Positions 41,055 to 50,035 of a stretch of DNA of 64,000 bases are shown piece after piece. The position numbers and the translations under genes are program-made. This DNA comes from Candidatus Delongbacteria bacterium (GTDB lineage Bacteria > CAIWAD01). The DNA lies in NCBI GenBank assembly GCA_963663545.1, contig OY760505.1, forward strand, positions 3,584,001-3,648,000. The letters run 5' to 3'. Under the pieces are notes generated by a model. The model had not been told where the DNA came from and did not search any database. It worked only from the letters and a program-made list of their open reading frames with translations. Position 1 is the stretch's first letter, and the number at the start of each line of letters is the position of its first letter.

Positions 41055-41179
41055 CTCGAGCCCTCGTTTTTTCGATGCTGATTTTTTTGCGTTCCAATGC
41101 TTTCCCCTTCAATTTGGAAGTTATTTAATTTGACCATGTCATGTTTCTTGAAAGCGTTGAATTTACCTCAGGAGCCTTT

Positions 41180-41263
41180 TATTTCCTGGCAAGGCGCGGC
41201 AAAGGCGCATAGAAGCCAGGGAGCAAAAGGGCTCGATAGCAGGCGAAATTTATGAACACAGCC
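41180..41263 (-). mobile_element. Partial MITE family B
   Basis: cctggcaaggcgc...gccagggagcaaaagggctcgatagcaggcg...aacacagcctag. Confidence 0.7.
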
Positions 41264-42501
41264 TAGACCATAAATTCAGTTTTCACCAACGCCAATGCTT
41301 GCTGGCGATTGTGAACATTACCTTCTAGTTGCTGATCTTCGATAAAATGCAATATTTCTTGAAATAACGGACCGGGCTTGATCCCGAGTTCGATTAGATC
41401 GTTGCCATTGATTACTGGCGCCGGTTTGAGTTCTTCGCTAGCGTAATTTTGCAACTTATCGCGGCAATGGGCATAGATGCGCTGATCTTGCCCCCTGGCC
41501 AGACATCGCCATCGATAGAGTTCCAACAAGGATTTAAAATTAGGGAGACGAAGAAAACGTTTGAATTCGGCGATAGTCATCGCTGGAACCTCGGCAAAAC
41601 GGTCGATGCCGCTGAGCAAACTACTGATCTTGCGTATGGACTTGTTGGCCAGGCAAAATCTTTTGCCAATAGCTTCGAATCGTTCCGGCGCTAATTGACA
41701 GGCATCTTTAATATTAATGAAAACCGTGCTAAGAGCCAATTCGCCGTCGCTAATCGGTGTTCCTATTTCTAATAGCGAGAGCGTTCGCTGCAAAATTTCA
41801 GGATGGTTCGCGACTCGCCATTCCGGCAAAATTAACATCAGAATACCACTTTGATCCAGTAACCGTAATGCTTTTGCCGAATTTTTTCCAGTAAGCATGG
41901 TAATCAATTCGTCGCGGATACGTTCGGCAGACACCCTGGTAATCAACGACGCCATTGACTTTATGGCGTTCCAGGTCGCTGGTTCAATGGTAAAATCCAA
42001 TTGACTGGCAAAACGAACCGCACGCATCAAGCGTAGATAATCTTCGCTAAATCGGCTCTGTGGATTACCGATAGTGCGAATTATTTTTTGTTGTAAATCG
42101 GCAAGCCCTCCAACATAGTCGATCACCTGATTACTAACCGGGTCCAGAAACAATCCGTTTACGGTAAAATCACGACGCCGGGCATCTTCTTTTTCGTTAC
42201 AAAAGCGAACTGCATCTGGGCGCCGGCCATCACTATAATTTTTATCTTTTCGGAAAGTAGCGATTTCGAAACATTCTTGCTTATCCAGGACTTTCACTAC
42301 GCCGAATTTGGCCCCGACCATGATGGTGTGTTTGAACAATTGCTGGATTTGTCGAGGCTGAGCGTCAGTAGCGATGTCATAATCTTTAGGGCACCGCTGC
42401 AAAAACAGATCGCGAACGCAGCCTCCACAAAAATAAGCAGTATAGCCATGGTTGCGTAGTTTCAGCAAAATGGCAACAGCTCTTGTTTTTTTATCATTCA
42501 T
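41263..42501 (-). CDS. cca: CCA tRNA nucleotidyltransferase (class II)
   Basis: GGCVRD..KDYDIAT, EIATFR, RRDFTVN, EDYLRLMRAVRF. Confidence 0.88.
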   Translation of the reverse strand: MNDKKTRAVAILLKLRNHGYTAYFCGGCVRDLFLQRCPKDYDIATDAQPRQIQQLFKHTIMVGAKFGVVKVLDKQECFEIATFRKDKNYSDGRRPDAVRFCNEKEDARRRDFTVNGLFLDPVSNQVIDYVGGLADLQQKIIRTIGNPQSRFSEDYLRLMRAVRFASQLDFTIEPATWNAIKSMASLITRVSAERIRDELITMLTGKNSAKALRLLDQSGILMLILPEWRVANHPEILQRTLSLLEIGTPISDGELALSTVFINIKDACQLAPERFEAIGKRFCLANKSIRKISSLLSGIDRFAEVPAMTIAEFKRFLRLPNFKSLLELYRWRCLARGQDQRIYAHCRDKLQNYASEELKPAPVINGNDLIELGIKPGPLFQEILHFIEDQQLEGNVHNRQQALALVKTEFMV

Positions 42502-42514
42502 TGATTTTGCAGAA

Positions 42515-42964
42515 TCATTCCTCGCTGATTTTTTCTACGACTACCAGTTTGGCGCTACAGCGGACTACTTTAACTTTTTCTCCCTGCGGTACAAACAGTC
42601 CCTCGGTAGTGGCGACTATCTTTTCTCCATTGATTTCGACATCGCCTTTAGGCTCTAAGCAAGTGAGAGCTATCCCCTGGCAATCGATAAACCTGGCTAG
42701 CGGACTATCGTTCTTTTTGGAGTTGAAGCTAAAAGGCATATTCAAGCCAAAATAGATAATGGCAATCAGAAAAATTAGACATACGCCGATTCCTGCCAGA
42801 GCGACATACTCTCGTTGCAGCAAAATAATGATACTGACCGCAGCGGCAACGCTGCAGCCAACGCTGACAACCTTCAGAATCGTTTTTTTGCCCAAAATAG
42901 CTACAAAGACCCATACCACAAAACTCAACGAAAAAAGAGTGGCGGGCAATATCAGTTCTTTCAT
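42515..42964 (-). CDS. NfeD-family membrane protein
   Basis: TM helices then GIALTCLEPKGDVEING..GEKVKVV. Confidence 0.8.
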   Translation of the reverse strand: MKELILPATLFSLSFVVWVFVAILGKKTILKVVSVGCSVAAAVSIIILLQREYVALAGIGVCLIFLIAIIYFGLNMPFSFNSKKNDSPLARFIDCQGIALTCLEPKGDVEINGEKIVATTEGLFVPQGEKVKVVRCSAKLVVVEKISEE

Positions 42965-42984
42965 AGCCTTCTTCTCCCTCTGGT

Positions 42985-43737
42985 TTACAAGGAAATTATC
43001 ATCCCGTCGTTAGCCAAATCAAAATCTATCTTTTCAGCATGGGCCATTAACTCGGCGCCATAATGTGTCAGCACGACTCGCTTAGCCTGGAGCTCATTTC
43101 GATGTTCTTGCAGGATTTCATAAGCCAGATGTACTTTGGAAGCAGAGCTTTTTCGGTAATAAACACACTCGATCACCAGTAAATCTGCGTTTTTTGCCAG
43201 CATGGCCACTTCTGGAGTCCAGCCAGTATCGCCGGTGACAGCAATGACTTTGTCGTGTAAGCGCAAACGATAGCCTAGAGATTCTTTGCGATGGAGCATC
43301 GGCAAGGTGGCTATCTCGATATTCCCAGGCAAAAGATATTGTTGTTGGGGAAGATATTCGTGGAACTCACGTAGTAGTTGATATTCTGGATAAAATTCAC
43401 TATAGCAAGCCGCGTAGGCGCGGGAAAATTGTTGTTCTAACCCGCGTGGTCCGCAATAAAACATCGGTCTTTCACGTTTATACTCTAAAACGAATGCCAA
43501 ATCCAGAAAGACAACGCCAATAAAGTGGTCACCGTGAAAATGAGTAAACACTACCGCATCCAGGTCATCGGGATTCAACCCTTGTTGCAGGATACGATAA
43601 AGAGTAGTCGGGCCACAATCGATCAGGATATTGTTCTGACCGCTTTTTAGCCAGATCGCCTGGCTGGCCCTGGCTCCGGTGTTGGCCGCATCTCCGGTTC
43701 CCAACAGGATAATTTCTACATCAGCCATATCAGGCAA
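42985..43737 (-). CDS. MBL-fold hydrolase (RNase Z/BN-like)
   Basis: LGTGDA, IDCG, THFHGDH, TGDT, LTH. Confidence 0.88.
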   Translation of the reverse strand: MPDMADVEIILLGTGDAANTGARASQAIWLKSGQNNILIDCGPTTLYRILQQGLNPDDLDAVVFTHFHGDHFIGVVFLDLAFVLEYKRERPMFYCGPRGLEQQFSRAYAACYSEFYPEYQLLREFHEYLPQQQYLLPGNIEIATLPMLHRKESLGYRLRLHDKVIAVTGDTGWTPEVAMLAKNADLLVIECVYYRKSSASKVHLAYEILQEHRNELQAKRVVLTHYGAELMAHAEKIDFDLANDGMIISL

Positions 43738-45118
43738 TCACCTCCTGCTCTTTTTTGAAGCGTCCGGCCAGAGCGCGGAGTAAGGCCAGTTGTAACACCA
43801 GGTACAGTGTTTTTTCGAGTGGGTAGGGCGCCAACATTTGATAGTAATGCAATACCAGAGTTTTCCACTGCCAGAGGTGGGACGAGAGAATACATAGTTG
43901 AAAAGGGATTTCCATAGAAAAATGGATGAGCGACAAACATAGCATACCGGTTGCGGCGAACAGTCCACATAGCATACCTCGGTATTTAGTCAATTTGGCC
44001 AGGAGATAAAGAATTGCCCATCCCCAGATAAACAGCGGCAGCAATTTTATCAGCAAATCCGCGCCTAACGCCAGTACCATGCTGCGCATATCTTTGGCCA
44101 ATCCCCATTGATAAGGTTTATAGCCAAACGTATCTGGTAATAATGCTGCGGCAAGGGGTTTGCTGACAGTTTTTTGAGATTGAACCATGGCCGCTGCTGG
44201 CGGCTGTTTTTCTAGAGAAGGTGGCTGCTTTTCTGCTGGCCGGGCTACGACCGCCGGTTGTTTTTCGCCTGGTTGCGGCGGCCTCTCGCCCGGCTGAGCT
44301 AAGACCGGCGGTTGTTTCTCGTCCGGCGGTGGCGGTTTCTCGCCCGGCTGTGGCGGTTTCTCGCCCGGCTGGGCTACGACCGGCGGTTGTTTCTCGCCCG
44401 GCGGTGGCGGTTTTTCGCCCGGCGGTGGCGGTTTCTCGCCCGGCTGGACTACGACCGGCGGTTGTTTCTCCCCCGACTGCTGCGGTTGTTTATCTTCGGG
44501 CCGGGTAGAGCCGGTTGCCGCAGCTTCGGTAAAAATTCGCGTTTCAGCTGCCAAAGGCATTTTGAGCGGCGGCAAGTAACCTTGCGCCGTTAACGACAAG
44601 CGCAATGCCTCGGCATCGATAACGCCTAAAGCGTATTTGACGTGCCGGACCAGAGGATAGTATCCTACTTTGGTGTCAAGCTTATGATAGATTATCTTGC
44701 CCTGACGATCGCCAATAAAAATTGCCGGCGCCCTGGGAATAGCGAATTTTTTGAGAGCTAGACGATCGCGATCAAGATATAACGGAAACGCTAGCGAATT
44801 TTTTTGTTTGAACTCGGCTAGCAGGGCAGCAGGCATCGGCTCCAGATCAGAATAAGCGGCAATTATTTGTAAGTCGGAGCCACGAAAACTATAGGCGATT
44901 TTATTCAAAAGCTGAAAAACGTCGGAATTGTTGTGGCTGGCCGCGTCGAAAAACAACAATATTTTGGCGCCAGGTCCGGAAACAGGGTATACGGACCCGG
45001 CCATCGTCGTCAGGGTAAGCTCGGGAAAATCGCTTACCTGTGCCTGGGCTATTGGTATCCACAAAAGAAAACCAATTAGCAGTACGCCAATAAATCTGCG
45101 TATGCGATTTATTTCCAT
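43730..45118 (-). CDS. Membrane protein with redoxin-like domain and Pro-rich linker
   Basis: Signal peptide; FPLYLD..P.IFIGD..GKI without CxxC; C-terminal TMs. Confidence 0.65.
   Translation of the reverse strand: MEINRIRRFIGVLLIGFLLWIPIAQAQVSDFPELTLTTMAGSVYPVSGPGAKILLFFDAASHNNSDVFQLLNKIAYSFRGSDLQIIAAYSDLEPMPAALLAEFKQKNSLAFPLYLDRDRLALKKFAIPRAPAIFIGDRQGKIIYHKLDTKVGYYPLVRHVKYALGVIDAEALRLSLTAQGYLPPLKMPLAAETRIFTEAAATGSTRPEDKQPQQSGEKQPPVVVQPGEKPPPPGEKPPPPGEKQPPVVAQPGEKPPQPGEKPPPPDEKQPPVLAQPGERPPQPGEKQPAVVARPAEKQPPSLEKQPPAAAMVQSQKTVSKPLAAALLPDTFGYKPYQWGLAKDMRSMVLALGADLLIKLLPLFIWGWAILYLLAKLTKYRGMLCGLFAATGMLCLSLIHFSMEIPFQLCILSSHLWQWKTLVLHYYQMLAPYPLEKTLYLVLQLALLRALAGRFKKEQEVIA
44221..44490 (-). repeat. 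Coding tandem repeats (QPGEKPPP / EKQPPVVA)
   Basis: Repeated ggcggtttctcgcccggc units. Confidence 0.9.
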
Positions 45119-45273
45119 AATAATACTCCCAGCAAAAAAGCTGATGGCAAGGTGACGAAACTCGGTAGAGCTTTTCTAACTGTTTTTACAGGAATAGCTT
45201 TGCAATGTGACATTGTCCAATTATAAACTATTTGCTAATGAAATCAAGTGATTTTATTGACGATAGATGCTGA

Positions 45274-45586
45274 GGAGCCGGAAAGAAATAACTTACCCAT
45301 AGTTTGCCCTTTTGCTCCCTGGCCGCGTCGCTCCTCAATTACAGAACTAAGGCTATGCGCATTCGTCGCTCCCTGCCAGGAAACAAAATTGCTGAGGAGC
45401 CGGAAAGAAATAGCTTACCCATTTGGTTTGCCCTTTTGCTCCCTGGCCGCGTCGCTCCTCAATTACAGAACTAAGGCTATGCGCATTCGTCGCTCCTTGC
45501 CAGGAAACAAAATTGCTAAACCAACTGACCAAGTTATTTCTTTCCGGCTCCTAAACCAACTGACCAAGTTATTTTTTTCCGGCTCC
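45274..45586 (+). mobile_element. Nested family A MITEs (inner copy 45396-45551)
   Basis: Outer copy has TGA on both sides; inner copy sits at the internal TAA site. Confidence 0.88.
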
Positions 45587-45614
45587 TGATGCTATTGATG
45601 CGGATAACCGACGG

Positions 45615-47156
45615 TTATTTTTTTCGGCAAAAGCGGCTAATGATATCAGCAACGATCTGATGGCCGGGCGGGGTCCAATGTTGATCATAAGTAAAATATA
45701 CTTGTGTGCCTAGCGCTGCACTTTCGCGCAGCGGCTGGATCAGGCTGACGAATTCGATGCCCTGCTGTTTACACAAATCCGCCAGTGCTTGTTCCTGGCC
45801 ATCTAGATAGCGAAACAGCCCGGCAAAAAAAACTTCAGCCTCCGGGATATGGCTTTTGCGTAGAGCAACAAAATCGTGCAATTTGGGCGCAGATAGTCGC
45901 TGTTTCACCAACGGCAGCACCACCCTGGTTTTGGTTGGCGCATAAACCACAAGCAACCGCCGGTTATCAGCGCGGCAAAGCTGGTGTAAATGTGAGAGCA
46001 CAGAAGTACAGGCATGATAACTGGGGGTTTTCAAAAAATCATCCCGGGAAAGATAAAGAGTATGCACGCGCTTGGGTGGAAAACTATAGTAACTGACTTT
46101 TGCGCCAGTACCTACCGCAATAGGAAGCCAGGATAAACTGGGCATACGTGTGCTGTAATCAATAGCATTGATCGGTGCCAGATATTTAATAAAAGCGTTT
46201 TTAAAGATGATCACTAACGGCGAAGTTTTATAATAGGCCCGAAATCTATCGGCAAAGGAGGTGTCTTGTTGTTCGAGCAAATGCATCCGGTTTTGTTTAG
46301 GCACTGGCGCGGCTTTTTGGGCTGGTGCTTTCGCTTTACCAGCGAAGTTATCTTTCTTTGCCGGCGGCGGTGCTTTTGCTGGTGATGCAACCGGCGCGTT
46401 TTTGTTAGGGCTTTCAACCTCACCCAGGTCCGGAATGGCGGTAATACGGAAATCGTTGCCTTCATAAATCATGCAAATCACGATTCGGGAAGCGATATTT
46501 TTGCCGATGGTTTGATAGGTCCGTAGATAATCGAGCAGGTCGGTTCCGGACATCCCGAGGTTATAGACCTGCAATTTGCTTTTTTTAGCTAGCAGTGTTG
46601 GCCAGCATTGTTCATCCGATACATGAGATCCCTCCGCAAAAGAATCGCCCAAAACCAAAATGTCACATTTAGTTAGGGCTTGCTGATTGCGAAACCCTCT
46701 AGCGTCGATGCTCAGCTTACATTGGAGCGGCGGATATCCAGGCGGGATATTGCGATAGGAATTTGCCGCCTCGGGAATGTCCCTAACGGTAACCTGGTAT
46801 CCTTTTCCGGGAATACGATGATAAACCTTTTGGGTAGAAATATAGCGCGGCACCCAAACAAAGCGGGCGATGAAATCGACCGCAGGCAAACCGGACAGCA
46901 GAATCGTCAATAATAGCACGATGCGCAAACATCGCTGTTTAAAATTTTCTCGAGCGGCGGCGAGTAAATAAATTGCCATAAGCGACAACGGAATCAATAC
47001 GATGATAAGAGTAAGTCGCTCTACCGAATAACGTCCCATTAAAATATGGCGATCTCGGGCAATTAGTTTGGCTACGTTACTGGGAATCAACCATAACAAT
47101 AAATTTACCAGCACCACCAGGCCGATCAGGACGCGCTTGATATTTTTTGCTCGCAA
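45615..47156 (-). CDS. Membrane-anchored SGNH/AlgX-like hydrolase
   Basis: GFR, LGDSFAEG, NLGMSG, EGND, DQHWTPPGH. Confidence 0.85.
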   Translation of the reverse strand: MRAKNIKRVLIGLVVLVNLLLWLIPSNVAKLIARDRHILMGRYSVERLTLIIVLIPLSLMAIYLLAAARENFKQRCLRIVLLLTILLSGLPAVDFIARFVWVPRYISTQKVYHRIPGKGYQVTVRDIPEAANSYRNIPPGYPPLQCKLSIDARGFRNQQALTKCDILVLGDSFAEGSHVSDEQCWPTLLAKKSKLQVYNLGMSGTDLLDYLRTYQTIGKNIASRIVICMIYEGNDFRITAIPDLGEVESPNKNAPVASPAKAPPPAKKDNFAGKAKAPAQKAAPVPKQNRMHLLEQQDTSFADRFRAYYKTSPLVIIFKNAFIKYLAPINAIDYSTRMPSLSWLPIAVGTGAKVSYYSFPPKRVHTLYLSRDDFLKTPSYHACTSVLSHLHQLCRADNRRLLVVYAPTKTRVVLPLVKQRLSAPKLHDFVALRKSHIPEAEVFFAGLFRYLDGQEQALADLCKQQGIEFVSLIQPLRESAALGTQVYFTYDQHWTPPGHQIVADIISRFCRKK

Positions 47157-47260
47157 GATAGATCTCCTTTTAAAAACAGAAAAATTTACTATGCAGTTCC
47201 CTGATTGCCGGCAATCAAGGTTATGCAGCCCATACTATCTTAGTATCCTAATTATTTTGA

Positions 47261-47716
47261 CAATGTCAAGACCAAGAAGCCAGTGCGTCAGTTTATAACC
47301 TCGGGCAGTGCCGAAGAAGAGGTGCCAGATAAAAGCGTGTTTTGTCCCGAGATAGCACCGGCATAATAAATAAATGGTGCCAGGCATTAAATAAATGGTG
47401 CCAGGCATCATCAATGTCAATAAATAAATGGTGCCAGGCATCATCAATGTCAAGACCAAGAAGCCAGTGCGTCAGTTTATAACCTCGGGCAGTGCCGAAG
47501 AAGAGGTGCCAGATAAAAGCGTGTTTTGTCCCGAGATAGCACCGGCATCAAAGTTACCGGGTTAAAAATGGTAAAAATGGTGCCAGGCATCATCCTAATA
47601 AATAAATGGTGCCAGGCATCATTAAAATAAAAGGTGCCAGGCATCATTAAAATAAAAGGTGCCAGGCGTCATCCTCATTTCAAAAAATAAAAGGTGCCAG
47701 GCATCATCCTCATTTC
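47261..47716 (+). repeat. Left REP array of RAYT copy 1
   Basis: 8 copies of GGTGCCAGGCRT and a ~104-bp block repeated at 47261 and 47445. Confidence 0.92.
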
Positions 47717-47868
47717 AGAACACTTAGAAAAAAAATTTTGCAAAATGCGAAAAAAATGGCCATTTTTGCCCAGACAAATCGCTATCTTGTCCAACCGTCG
47801 GTTATAATGGGAAATTATTTTTGACTATTCCATTAATTCCATTACTCTATTAGTGAGATTTCATTATT

Positions 47869-48588
47869 ATGAGACCCCCAAGAATAAGCTTCGCCGGTGG
47901 AGTTTACCATGTAGTTATTCGTTGCAATAACCGCGAGTATGGATTCAAGGGCAATGATGATTTTGCCCTATACCTGAGAATCCTATTAGAGGCAAAAAAG
48001 CAATATCCCGTAAAAGTCTATGCTTACTGTCTAACGCACAACCACGTACATTTGCTGGTTGCCACCCCCGATAAAGACAATCTATCCGATTTCATGCGTC
48101 ACCTCAACGGAAACTTCGCCAAAGCTTACAACAAAAGACATGGCCGAACCGGTCACTTTTGGGGTGAGCGTTTTTTCAGCACCGTGATCGAAACCAGCTC
48201 ACAGTTTTTCAAGACCGTAGCCTACATCGAGCTAAACATGCTGCGCAACAAAGCAGTAGACAGCCCGGAAAAATGGCGCTGGAGCAGCTATAATGCTCAT
48301 GCCTACGGCCATGAAGATCAGGTTCTAGATTTCCATAAGATGTATTTAGAGCTAGGCCAGACTCCCCAAGAACGGCAACAGACCTACCGCGAAATAATCG
48401 CTGACCACATTGCCAAACAGGGGCTACAAAAAGATCCAGCGATTTCTGCCGGAATTATCACCGGCAGCATTGCTTTTGTTCAGGGCCTCCTAGAAAAATT
48501 AGGCGAGCGCCTTTCCTATTACCACAATCGCAAGATATATGCTTGGGGTGAACACGTTTCCATAAGACGCAACGATTTCCCCGTGTAA
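47869..48588 (+). mobile_element. REP-associated tyrosine transposase (RAYT, HUH/Y1), copy 1
   Basis: YHVVIRCNNR, AYCL..NHVHLL (HUH), GHFW..RF, YIELN, WRWSSY; flanking REP arrays. Confidence 0.93.
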
Positions 48589-48789
48589 TACGCTTTCGCT
48601 TTTATCTGCTACTGTTTGCTTTTCTCTACTACAACCATACTCTGTCTACATTTCGCCATTTTTTGTATTTTAATGCCGTTTTTAGTCTTCTGCTGGACTC
48701 CTATCCAAATTTCTGCAAATCTAATCCGTATTTTATCCGAATATTAACCTTTTTGTTGCCATATCTGACATCATTGTAAGCTTTTTTTT

Positions 48790-48879
48790 GCTCCGATGCC
48801 TGGCACCATTGCTCCGACATTATTGCTCCGACTGGTAATCGCCGGTATAGCTTCGATGCCTGGCACCATTGCTCCGATG
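48790..48879 (-). repeat. Right REP copies of RAYT 1, inverted relative to the left array
   Basis: GATGCCTGGCACCATTGCTCC at 48795 and 48855. Confidence 0.9.
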
Positions 48880-49065
48880 AAGACTCCGGGTTCGCGTAAG
48901 GCGATGGTCATGAAGGCACTCCGTTAATCGCTGTTTTTTTGCGTTGCTTTTCGTTGACGATCTCGATGCAGCGAACGATGGTGTTGGCCAGGTATTCGAC
49001 ATCCTTGCGCAAGATCGGCTCGCCACGCCGATTTTGTTTGAGTTCGGTCCGCCTGGTCCGATAAA
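48830..49065 (-). pseudogene. Fragment of two coupled genes; the second resembles a contractile tail sheath N-terminus
   Basis: ...RKDVEYLANTIVRCIEIV..GVPS* overlaps ATG 48911 (ATGA); MTIALREPGVFI[REP]EAIPAIT. Confidence 0.5.
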
Positions 49066-49244
49066 GAATTAAGAACAATACCTGATAATCAAAGATACTT
49101 TAATCCGGCTACAGTTACAAAAAAAATTTCAGATTAGTGTCCGATCACAAATGATATTGAATAGCTTGTTGTCGTCCCTAATGATAAAATCACGAATTAC
49201 ACGAATAGACGAATTACATGAATGAAAGTAAAGATAAGGAGGCT

Positions 49245-49285
49245 TATTTCAAAGTTAGGGGAGGCTAAAAAATAGCATTCTTCAA
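49245..49285 (+). repeat. 41-bp direct repeat, copy 1 (copy 2 at 51963-52003)
   Basis: tatttcaaagtt(a/g)ggggaggctaaaaaatagcattcttcaa, one mismatch. Confidence 0.92.
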
Positions 49286-49516
49286 CCAAAAGCCAAATAG
49301 AACCACGGATAGACACGGGTAGACACCGATGGTTCATAAGGCAATCAGTTTTCATTCGAGTTTTCTCCGGGTGGCTGGCATGAGTATTATGCCGAATTAT
49401 TGTCAATTATTCGACCTGTACGGTTAGATTATTCGTAGCCACAACCGTGGTCGTGACCGTTTGGTAATCGTAACCGACATGCGTGTTAAGCTAAGCCGCA
49501 AACCGGTTTGAAAGGC

Positions 49517-49666
49517 TATAACCAGCATGCTCGCATTGAGGTTCGTAGTGGGCGATTTATCGCCTCTTCCTTTTTTTTAGATAGTAAGAGGCGCTAACGC
49601 GCCCACTACTAACGAGTTATAACCAGCATGCTCGCATTGAGGTTAGTAGTGGGCGATTTATCGCCT
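49517..49666. repeat. GTAG-class REP doublet within a 49-bp direct repeat
   Basis: GTAGTGGGCGATTTATCGCC at 49545 and 49646; inverted GGCGCTAACGCGCCCACTAC ending 49609. Confidence 0.8.
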
Positions 49667-50035
49667 GTAACAGATGATAAAGAAGACTTTCGTCTACACA
49701 CGCTCACGGAGTGCGAATTTTTAATGAGACAATCTGCCCCCTTATCATTACCGTAACTCCTGTGCCGTCATGTCCACGATGGCTGGCAATCAGGGTAGAA
49801 TTATCCTCAACCGTACAGGTCGAAATTTTTTATCCTGTCCATCCTGTTGATCCTGTCTAAAATTCTTCGGCATTTTGTCGGTTCAACATCTTATGGGATT
49901 ACACCCGATAATTTTTTTATTGCAGTAATCAGCAAAAAAGATTATAATTACAGGAAAGTGTGGAGGCAGGTAGTAACAGAAAAAAGTGCTGTTCTCGGAT
50001 GAGAACATGCACACAAAAATTAAGGAGGAGATAAT

